Positions 24,501 to 35,700 of a stretch of 63,711 nt of DNA are shown here, piece by piece. The DNA comes from Oculina patagonica (Eukaryota), in the NCBI RefSeq assembly GCF_052425735.1, contig NC_135770.1, positions 26,102,001 through 26,165,711 of the forward strand, written 5' to 3'. Each line of letters starts with the position of its first letter. Positions within the stretch are counted from its first letter, which is position 1. Under the pieces are notes generated by a model. It saw only the letters and a list, made by a program, of their open reading frames with translations, was not told where the DNA came from and did no database searches. The position numbers and the translations under genes were made by a program.

Positions 24501-26790
24501 AAGATCAAATTTAAAAGAACAAAAAAAAATCGTAAAAGCATTTCAAACCGTAAGCGCATGCACGGCCTAGCCTTCACAGACTGCCAACGCCCCGTAACAA
24601 GTCATCACACTCGGTCAACAACCATCACAAATCGTAGGAGACCGACATAAGGAGACAAAACGGTCACAATTGCACCCCGTCAAAAACGTTCACATACAGT
24701 CACAAGCAGCCATTGTCATGGCAACAGGAGAAAGTCATGGGCACATAGTTGGCAGGTCAAAATTTGCGCAAGGGATGAATAAACAGGTTCTGAAGATATC
24801 AGCATCATCAGAGTAAAACCCCTTTTTCAAAATTACGAAAAAACCTCGAGTGCGTTTGCACCCATGGCGTCCATTTTTTATTAGTAACTCTAAACGTGCG
24901 AGAGGATTATATGTCCATGCAATGCTCTAAAGTAAGAAAGGAGTCTGAAATATTTAATTCCGTATGTGAGTAACTGTATATGAACAGATCGGAATAAGGG
25001 TTCCCATGTCCTCAAAATAAACACGAGAGGAAGTTCGACAGAACCCGTAAGTTCATGCGAACCCGAGCCGCTTGCTATACCATAAAATTGGGATAATACG
25101 ATCCTCACTACCATCGAGAAATAACCTCCCTACCCCTACTCTTAGAAAAAAAGAAAGAAATAGACACAAGAGTATGATCAAGTACTGCTGGATAGTTTTC
25201 TATCTTGATTAATGTCATTGCAATGCATCGGTGACTTACGAAGTTTGTCCGATGATTCAAGAACTTGTTTTGTGTTGTCTATTTCCCGTTCTTTTGTGAC
25301 GTTTATGCAATATTCCTCCTTACTTCCATCGAGAAATACCCCCCCGCCCCCCCCCCCCCCTCTCCTAGATATAAAAGAAAGAAAAAAAAACATAAGTGTA
25401 TTATCTTCCGTTTTTCAGCAAAGCCACTTCTGCACATCAAGTACTATTGCGGGTTTTCTATCTTGACTAATGTCATTGACTTGAACTTGTTTTGTGTTTT
25501 GTGTGTTTCACTGACGTTGTTTTGCGAGCTCGAGTTTAATGCAACATTCTGTATCGGACGCTAAGTACCATGAAACAACAATCCCGATTTTCTTTTAGAT
25601 GTTGCGTAGTTCATATACTGAAGTCCTTGAAAAAACGAAAGCCCAATTAAATCAATCTATCAGAAATAATCTTACGTCTTTTTTAACCCATGACCATAAA
25701 ATGATTTCAAGGCTTACTGTCTGAATTTTACTGAAGCAGAATGCGATCAAAAAAGATGGACTTCATGCTATTTGTGCATGTTTTAAAGCGAAGTTAAGAA
25801 GCAAAACCAAAGAAGTAAAACTGAATTTGCAATGGAGAACAATGACGTTTCTTTGTAGTCGCCAATATCTCGTTTTCGACAACGCATCATATTATTGAAT
25901 CTATTATCAGACACAAATTATAATGAATTTCCACATAAAGATAAAGGTACACAATAGCTGTTATTACAGATAAGCCTGCCATAAAATATATCCTTACGAG
26001 GCGAAAAGGTCAACGCATACTTCAAAAGAGGTCTTAAAACAGTGCAGAAATGAACCTTTTGCCTTGTTTGTATATCGCTGAGAATTGTAATAACAACTAT
26101 TTGTGCCAATGGGTTTTAATTTAACGCTGATAAGCCACGCTTTAACTTTTTCTGCAACGAAAATCAAGCCGATTTTCAATCAACCATCACGAACATTCTA
26201 TACTGCAATCAAAATACGCATAAAAATTTTCCCAGGAGATGAAAACAAAATACAAAATTGTTATGGTTAAACACTGTTAATATTTTATCTTGAAGCTCAA
26301 GGTGCTAATACCCCCTGTTAATACTTATTGCGGACATGTTTATCCAATTTTCCTTCATTGTTTTTTAGTAAATTCAGCTCCTTCTACGGTGTCAACATTT
26401 CTATAAACTTATTTTGTGCGTTGGAAAAAAAATCGTCAAGTGCGACGATTTTTATCTCGATGAAGTGTGAAGTCCCGAATTTTCTTCCACGGATTACTAA
26501 CAACATCGTCATGTGAACCACAAATTAACCTTTGTCATCGTCTTATTAATTAATCGCCATATTTTCAAAATTGAAGTTGACGTTTCTAGAACGTCAACTC
26601 CCATTATAGGCGCCCAAACTTTGCAAGGACTTCCAATTAAAGATTGATATGCTTTCCTTTCTTCTGAAAAAATAATCCCCGAAGGGTCTCCTTCTTATCT
26701 TTTCAGTGAAAATAAAATTATGTAATAGACGACTTTCAGACGTCTTTGGACACGTTTTGCCTTGAAATCGATGTGACCAGAAAAAGAATT
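21543..26790. repeat. Intergenic spacer of the array (paralogues 17990-20760 and 52046-59480)
   Basis: Starts TCAGTCACAGGATTAG, as does the sequence just after the copy B stop; colinear with both other spacers apart from TE indels. Confidence 0.9.
22244..23833. mobile_element. Composite segment unique to this spacer: tRNA-like head plus CCGTTC subterminal repeats and one TIR
   Basis: Absent at 18664 and 52753; A/B boxes at ~22438-22505; ACGTTTTCGCGTGAGAGGTC at 23693-23712 matches the TIR of 28709-32692. Confidence 0.55.
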
Positions 26791-29700
26791 ATGGAGGAAC
26801 TGTGGTTGTCATTCAAGGTAATGTCGTCTTTATGTTTTGCATCAAATAAAATAAAATAAACGGAATCTAATAAGAGAACATTTCGAAACACAATTGACAA
26901 GGAAAATGAACGAAATTAAACTACGACGTTTAGAAGTCATCTTGACTCGATTGTCAAAAAGTTATATCATTCTACTTGATAATGGAGTCAAGATGACTTC
27001 AAAACGTCGCAGTTCAATGTCGCTCATTTTCCTTGTCAATTAAACGAAGTCTATTTCTAAATAAATGGATCTATGCTACTTGATCAAAGAGCAAAAGAAA
27101 AGGATATGACGTCGTAGTTTAATTTCGCTCAGTTTCATTTTCATTGTTAATTAAACGAAATCTATTTCTAAATAAAAGGATCTATGCTACTTGATTCAAG
27201 GAACATAAAGAGCGATATTTCTCTTCTTCAGAAAACAGCGCTCTGGCTTTTCATCCAAGGCTTAATGGTGATAGCAAAAGTAGCCCTATCATATGGAGGT
27301 ATGTGAGTTAAAACTAAGTACGACAAGTTTTTCTAACGAAAGTGTATGCAAGATACGTTCGCTTCTATGCAACTAGCATTTACTATTGGAATTGCATAAG
27401 TGTTGAAGTGTATGGCACAGAAAGTGAGTCCACGTTTGCTTTTGTTTTACATTACTATGCTTAGAGATTGGTTTAAAAAATTGTCCATCGCAGGGTTACC
27501 ACCCCCACCCCCAGCATCTAATTTCCATAACCTATTTGCACACTTAGAAAAGGAAAGAGGCACTTTCAAAGCAAAGTGTCTTGCCCAAAAACACAAAAGA
27601 TCACCCCGGCCAGGGCTCGAACACGGACCGTTTGATCCGAAGTCCAGCGCACTAACCATGAGGCCACCTCGTCTCCCACGTTCACGTTCACACTCTCTAA
27701 AATACGCCGAATTTAGTCTTTTGGCGTTGTCGTTTTTGCAGAAGACGGCAAAGAAATATACCAAAAGTAATAACGCTAGTGCAGAGCTACAGTTCTGCTC
27801 ATTTAACTCTGGAATGCATGTATTCTTTCGATTAAGCTCCGCCTGGTCTAGTACCAAGTAAATTTTGTTTTGGTTTTGCCGTAAAGGTAACTGAGATATG
27901 CAGACTACCAGGGAACTTAGATCTACGAGTTAATTTTTGGTACGTTTCGGCAGCATGCATACCAGGCGAGTTTGATCGAGCCAAGTTTCGTTTTTTGGCG
28001 CGATATAATCAATCGAAAATATCAATGAGCAACAAGGAGTAGTGTACAATTATCAATGTGATCTGTGCGATGCAGAGTACCGTATTTATTCGATTAAGCG
28101 CCCTGGGCGCTTATTAATTTTTTTCGAAGTGGGCGCTTATTCGGCGAGGCTGGGCGCTTATTAAATTTTCGCAATTTCTCGCAAGTAGTTAGTTTATTTT
28201 ACAACAACACAATGAATAATGAAGATGTACCAAAGCAAAATTTTAACTGTTCATTGAAAGTGTCTGTAAAATACTAAGAAAACTCGGTCTTCAGGGAAGT
28301 CTCTTAGTAGTACTTAGTCAATTTCAATCTTAATTTCAATCATAATCAAAGTACTCCTCTTGTGCACATCAGTATTTTTTGAAGGAGGGTGGAGGGGGTG
28401 GGCGCTTATTCGAGGCTGGGCGCTTGTTAACTTTTCCTACCTAGGGGGTGGGCGCTTATTCGAGGTTGGGCGCTTAATCGAATAAATACGGTATGTCGGC
28501 TATACCAGCCGGCATTTGCACCAACGTATTCATGAACATAGGTTCTCCGCCATTGGGAAGCATTTAAAGAACGATCACGGCCTTAATAACATCGGCGACC
28601 TTACCTTTGCGACCTTTACGAAATGTTGTTTATTAGAAACAAGAAACCTAGCCTGAACACGCAATCGGATTCTATCCGCGCGAAACTATTTGTTTAAAAC
28701 AAATATGTGACCTCTCACGCGAAAACGTTCCTTACGGAATCCGTGTATTCGGCGAAGCGCGCGGCAAGCGAACGAATGAGAAACGGCTCGATGAGCCGTT
28801 CTACACGGATACCGAGAACGGCTACACAGATGTAAATTTTTGTTACACGGATGAAGTTGAACGGCTACACGGATGTAATTTTTTTTTCACACGGATGAAG
28901 TCGAACGGCTACACGGATGTAAATTTTTGTTACACGGATGAAGTTAAACGGCTACACGGATGTAATTTTTTTTTTCGCACGGATGAAGTCGAACGGCTAC
29001 ACGGAAGTAAATTTTTTTCACACGGATTAAGTCGAACAGCTGCACGGATGTGAATTTTCTTCACACGGATGAAGTCGAACGGCTACAAGGATGTAAATTT
29101 TCTTCACACGGATGATGTTGAAAGGCCACGCGTTTAACTGTCCCGCGCTGCGAAATCATTTCAAAGTCAAAGCATCCAAGCAGATATTTTTCTCTTAGTT
29201 TTTCGTTTTTATGCTTCTACGCGCGTCACAAAATTTAGTAAAAGAAGGCCGCCATTGTTTAACTGTCCCGCGCTGCGAAATCATTTCAAAGTCAAAGCAT
29301 TCAAGCAGATATTTTTCTCTTTGTATTTCGTTTTTATGCTTCTACGCGCGTCACAAAATTTGGTAAAAGAAGGACGCCATTGTTTAACTGTCCCGCGCTG
29401 CGAAATCATTTCAAAGTCAAAGCATTCAAGCAGATTTTTCTCTCTTAGTTTTTCGTTTTTTTGCTTCTACGCGCGTCACAAAATTTAGTAAAAGAAGGCC
29501 GCCATTGTTTAACTTTCCCGCGCTGCGAAATCATTTCAAAATCAAAGCATTCAAGCAGATTTTTCTCTCTTAGTTTTTCGTTTTTATGCTTCTACGCGCG
29601 TCACAAAATTTAGTAAAAGAAGGACGCCATTGTTTAACTGTCCCGCGCTGCGAAATCATTTCAAAGTCAAAGCATCCAAGCAGATTTTTCTCTCTTTGTA

Positions 29701-32700
29701 TTTCGTTTTTATGCTTCTACGCGCGTCACAAAATTTAGTAAAAGAAGGACGCCATTGTTTAACTGTCCCGCGCTGCGAAATCATTTCAAAGTCAAAGCAT
29801 CCAAGCAGATTTTTTTCTCTTAGTTTTTCGTTTTTATGCTTCTACGCGCGTCACAAAATTTAGTAAAAGAAGGCCGCCATTGTTTATCTGTCCCGCGCTG
29901 CGAAATCATTTCAAAGTCAAAGCATTCAAGCAGATATTTTTCTCTTAGTTTTTCGTTTTTATGCTTCTACGCGCGTCACAAAATTTAGTAAAATAAGGAC
30001 GCCATTGTTTAACTGTCCCGCGCTGCGAAATCATTTCAAAGTCAAAGCATCCAAGCAGATTTTTCTCTCTTAGTTTTTCGTTTTTATGCTTCTACGCGCG
30101 TCACAAAATTTAGTAAAAGAAGGCCGCCATTGTTTAACTGTCCCGCGCTGCGAAATCATTTCAAAGTCAAAGCATTCAAGCAGATATTTTTCTCTTAGTT
30201 TTTCGTTTTTATGCTTCTACGCGCGTCACAAAATTAAGTAAAAGAAGGCCGCCATTGTTTAACTGTCCCGCGCTGCGAAATCATTTCAAAGTCAAAGCAT
30301 CCAAGCAGATTTTTTTTCTCTTAGTTTTTCGCTTTTATGCTTCTACGCGCGTCACAAAATTAGGTAAAAGAAGGCCGCCATTGTTTAACTGTCCCGCGCT
30401 GCGAAATCATTTCAAAGTCAAAGCATTCAAGCAGATTTTTTCTCTAAGTTTTTCGTTTTTTTGCTTCTACGCGCGTCACAAAATTAAGTAAAGAAGGCCG
30501 CCATTGTTTAACTTTCCCGCGCTGCGAAATCATTTCAAAGTCAAAGCATCCAAGCAGATTTTTCTCTCTTAGTTTTTCGTTTTTATGCTTCTACGCGCGT
30601 CACAAAATTAAGTAAAAGAAGGCCGCTATTGTTTAACTGTCCCGCGCTGCGAAATCATTTCAAAGTCAAAGCATCCAAGCAGATTTTTCTCTCTTAGTTT
30701 TTCGTTTTTATGCTTCTACGCGCGTCACAAAATTAAGTAAAAGATGGCCGCCATTGTTTAACTGTCCCGCGCTGCGAAATCATTTCAAAGTCAAAGTATT
30801 CAAGCAGATTTTTTTTCTATGTTTTCGTTTTTATGCTTCTACGCGCGTCACATAATTTAGTAAAAGAAGGCCGCCATTGTTTAACTTTCTCGCGCTGCGA
30901 AATCGTTTTAAAGTCAAAGCATCCAAGCAGATTTTTCTCTCTTAGTTTTTCGTTTTTATGCTTCTACGCGCGTCACATAATTTAGTAAAAGAAGGACGCC
31001 ATTGTTTAACTGTTCCGCGCTGCGAAATCATTTCAAAGTCAAAGCATTCAAGCAGATTTTTTTTCTCTAAGTTTTTCGCTTTTATGCTTCTACTCGCGTC
31101 ATAAAATTTAGTAAAAGATGGCCACCATTGTTTAACTGTCCTGCGCTGAGAAATCATTTCAAAGTCAAAGCATCCAAGCAGATATTTTTTCTCTAGGTTT
31201 TCGTTTTTATGCTTCTACGCGCGTTACAAAATTTTGTAAAAGAAGGCCGCCATTGTTTAACTGTCCCGCGCTGCGAAATCATTTCAAAGTCAAAGCATCC
31301 AAGCAGATTTTTTTCTCCTAGTTTTTCGTTTTTATGCTTCTACGCTCGTCACAAAATCAAGTAAAAGAAGGCCGCCATTGTTTAACTGTCCCGCGCTGCG
31401 AAATCATTTCAAAGTCAAAGCATTCTGTTTGGTCAGGGCACTACAAATATTACTTGGCTTCACACTAGAAGCTAAGTTAGTTTCGAGTAAGCACTTGACT
31501 CAAGTCCACTTTAAAATCTATAGTCGCATTTTACAAAATCTGGCTTCACACTTGATTGCAAAGTATATTACTTGAGGTACTAGCTGTCAATCATCTTCAG
31601 AATCGTGACAACGCTGCACGCCGCTTTCATTTGGCTTACATTTCCTATTGGTCAAGTGCGGCGTACTTCGGCTCCTTTGAACTACGAAAGTTTTCATGGT
31701 CACCAAGTAAAATTCAAGTAGGAACGTTTTACCCCTTCACACTCAAAGTAGGTTCCAAGTGCAATTAGATTATCCTTACGAGCTCTAGTGTGAAGCCAAG
31801 TATTCTTATACATTTCTGCAATTTGAGCACTTTTATAATCAAAGTAATTTTTGTAGTACAAAGCAGTTTAACTACAGCTAGACAAACAAAAGCAATAATT
31901 CATGATCCTAGAAACACCTTAACATAAAATTGATTGAATAAAATACATGAATACAGTAAATGGTTTGAACCGAACTACTAAAATACATGAAATACTACAA
32001 TACAAGAAATACTAAAAGTTTTTAGTCTTAGATAAATTTTTATCGATGATCGAATGTTATAAAAGCGACGATATTTCAAGAGCAGAAAAAAAAACCCGTG
32101 TCTGTATAAAACGAGGTGTTTGTAAACAACACATTTACCAAGGTGCAGTTTTTAGCTCATGCCATTTGAACGTCTGTCAACTTTCTTGTATGTGTAGCGT
32201 GTAGCTTGAGCCGCTACAAGGGCTGACGAACTTTAAACGGATAGCTTTTGCTGCTCGAGCGGCTAAAAGTTTTCTTTGCATGGAACGGTTGAACGGCTAG
32301 TAAATTTCTTCACACGGAACGGCTACACGGCTCGAACGGCTAGTAAATTTTTTTCACACGGAACGGCTACACGGCTCGAACGGCTAGTAAATTTCTTCAC
32401 ACGGAACGGCTACACGGCTCGAACGGCAAGTAAATTTCTTCACACGGAACGGCTGCACGGCTCGAACGGCTAGTCAGTTTCTTCACACGGAACGGTCACA
32501 CGGCTCGAACGGCTGACAATTTTTTTTACTCGGAACGGCCACACGGCTCAAACGGCCCTTAATTTATGTTACACGGATAGCTTACACGGCTCAAACGGCA
32601 TCCCTTTCCGTGCACAAGGCTACTGAACGGCAAACGCGCGGCTATCCGTGTCAAAACGGCAAGTCCTGAGGAACGTTTTCGCGTGAGAGGTCACATATGT

Positions 32701-35700
32701 TAATGAAACATCACACCTATAACCGCATATATAACACTGTTGAACCGTTATTTTTCTTTGTCACTTGAAAATGATGCCAAGATGACATCGAAACGTTGTG
32801 TATTTTTTCGCTCATTTTTATTCTCAAATGTGTATCTAAATTTATTTAATCTTATCAGATCAAATGGGCCCGAAAAACCTGAAGGCCTACCAAAAACTAC
32901 GATGATTGTATGAGTAAAAAATTCCGTACCATGGGTTTCACGAGAGCGTTGAAGGTGCGTTTTAATTAAGCAATAGACCGCACTTTGAGGAAAAAAAGAT
33001 GCAGTTTTAATTCCTTTCAAATAACGTTTCTGAGTAAATGTTGAATAGAACGATCTCCATGTGTTTTATATTTTTCCAGTTCGGTGAAAGCGGACCTGTT
33101 CATTCTGTTCCTTCTCTTATGTGTGTCTCTCCGTTTTCGTTTTTTTCTCTAGTTCCTTCGCTTCAACTGTGGTGGGCGGGAAAATTTATTTATGTGATCC
33201 ATCCTCAGTATTTAAGTTTACATTTACGAGATCCACATCCCCTGTTTTAACCATCACGTAGATCAAAAGAAGACATTACACTAACTTTTTTTAATTCTTC
33301 GTCCTTATGCGTGGTCGAGCGTAGCGGTACGGCCATGCCGGGAAGCAAGAATTTACCGGTACAATAGTAGATAGGTTTTTTTGACCAATATGACCAATCA
33401 GCGCGCGCGTAGTGTCTGAGTTATTTTATAATGATTGATATTAATCTTATTTAATCTTCAGAATGTCTGGAGGCTCAAGGTATGGCAAATGGCGGAATCT
33501 CTGACGGGCAAATTACTGCCTCTTCTCAATTTAATGTTGATGAGGCTGGTTTCCGGGCAAGACTTCACTTGCCAGAAGCATTACCGAAGACAGGTGGTTG
33601 GGTGGCTGCCACAAGTGATGTCAATCAATGGCTACAAATTGATCTGCTTAGTTTGTACACTAAAGTGACGCGTGTAGCAACGCAAGGAAGAAATCGAGAT
33701 AGCGCTTACGATGGCAACTGGGTAACTAATTACATGCTGCAATACGGTAACGATGGAGTAAACTTCAATTACTACAGAGAGCAAGGACAAACAGAAAACA
33801 AGGTAAAACAGATTTTTTTAGTTAAACAACCATACATATATGTTACGACGTTTCTTATACTTTTATTCTCCCGTTTCTTATACTTTTATACTGTTATTCT
33901 CTTCAAGTCGTGCGATTAAAATACTCGCAAGTTACTGTTCGATTAGTTTCTGTTCGATTAACCATATTTTGTTTATTTCTTTACAGTACTCTCTCCAATT
34001 AGAACAGCGTGCTAACTACATTGGCACTTTCAAAATAAGCATTATTTTATTTATTTTACTTTTAAAAAGAATACTCTATAAACTGTTTTGAAACCTCAAT
34101 TTTTAACAATTGTTTATCTTACTGATTTAGGATTTTCCTGGGAATACAGATAAGGATACTGTCGTTTATCATGATATAAATCCGCCAATCAGAGCACGTT
34201 ACATCCGTTTTTTACCACTTGGTTGGTATAACTGGATATCAATGAGGGTGGAGCTTTATGGTTGTCAAGGTATTGTCGGAATTTTGTCATTTTGTCGGGG
34301 TGTTTCAAATGCTAAAAAACAATAAGCATTTTTTTATATCAATAACATGTCTGTCCAAGTTAATTCTAAGGTTTTGCTCACTTAGGTGCCCACTTGACTT
34401 TTTCCCCGGAGCGAGAGTTTTGTAAAAGTGTAGCTTTCTTCAAAGCACTATAATTCAGATACCACAGAAACAGGTTTTAGTAAAAACAATAATAATTATA
34501 ATCATCATCATCATCATCGTCATCATTATCATCATCATATTACCAGTATGGTGTAAGGGTTATATACAAATGGTATCTTTTTTGTCAAACGAAAAAAAAA
34601 ATGCATTAGTCGGCGTTACCATTTTTTAATCTATTTTTTATACTGTTAGAATGTCAAACAGCTCTGGGCTTGGAGAATGGTTTAATATCTGATTGGCAGA
34701 TCACTGCTTCTTCTGAATTCAGTTCCAAACATGCCGCAATTCAGGCCAGGTTGCGCTTTAAGGAAACAAGCATTTCATATGGCTCTTGGGAAGCTGCCAC
34801 AGGGGATGCTAACCAGTGGCTCCAAATTGATCTGAATAGTCAGACTACCACCGTAAGACGTGTAGCTACACAGGGGAGACAAGACGCGCCCTACTGGGTA
34901 ACTGAATACAGTCTCCAGTACAGTGACGATGGAGTGACGTTTCTGTTTCACAGAGAACAAGGGGACATTGTAGACAAGGTAAATTGACTACAAGTAAGAG
35001 AACATTAGCGCCACAATGGTCGAGAACTGTACTCAAGATTATTAGTGGTTTTCATCTGACGTCATCAAAATTCTAAAATCTTAACTGTTAATCTTACAAG
35101 GCTGTCTTTTTTTTTACAAATTCTAGCTCTAAATAGCACTGATGAACCCCTGTACAAGTTTAATTTCGATTCAGTGATTCGTTTAGGACATTTAGTTTTT
35201 TGAAATTCGTCATGTCCCGGATGAGCATGTTTCTTGACTGTTATAAAACACTCAGTAACGTGCAAACAAACAATTTTATTAAAATTGATCAAAACTTATG
35301 AACCATGAAAAAAAAACGTAACATGTGGCACAACTGCGTCTTACGTACTTTCACACGTGTCTGCAGTTTTGCATTGATTATTCACCCAGTATTTGGCTTG
35401 CAAATTGTTGGTGTGCTTGTATATGACAAAGTGATCTATCTATACCTTCACTACTCTAATTTTCTAAAAAAAAAAAACATAAAAATGGCGCTATATAAAA
35501 GGTGGGTTACACTAGCGAAGTAGGTAGACCCTAAGTACACTAGCCTACTTTGTATCCGTGACAACGCATCTTCTTCTTAAGAGCCGTAGTATATACTTCC
35601 AAGTTTTTTTCAATCATCCTTACAAGCGAACTTACGCACTATCAAAACAAATACAAAAAAATTGAATGTCAATCAAATGCGGTTTTTGGTGAGATATCAG

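Larger units (their letters stand above)
28709..32692. mobile_element. ~4-kb non-coding TIR element carrying minisatellite arms and a 125-bp satellite
   Basis: TIR GACCTCTCACGCGAAAACGTTCCT / AGGAACGTTTTCGCGTGAGAGGTC; flanks AAATATGT / ACATATGT; host Penelope sequence resumes on the right. Confidence 0.8.
28021..32800 (+). mobile_element. Penelope-like retroelement 3' remnant (GIY-YIG endonuclease + pLTR motif), split by two insertions
   Basis: After removing the MITE: [30 protein letters not shown]...IGKHL...[26 protein letters not shown]; hammerhead-like motif at 32764-32800. Confidence 0.75.

Noticed and set aside
25178-25564. Poly-Gly/poly-Pro ORFs
   Set aside because: Caused by a poly-C tract whose length varies among the three spacer copies.
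22438-27678. tRNA genes at 6194, 22438, 27600-27678 and 41341
   Set aside because: Only A/B boxes, without complete cloverleaf stems, embedded in repeat bodies; treated as SINE-like heads.
27400-27861. 153-aa and 136-aa overlapping ORFs
   Set aside because: They span a SINE plus a MITE fragment; typical spurious translations.
29132-31424. CRISPR-like regular array and repeated [12 protein letters not shown] ORFs
   Set aside because: Units are contiguous with no unique spacers, there are no cas genes, and the context is eukaryotic; the ORFs are by-products of the satellite.
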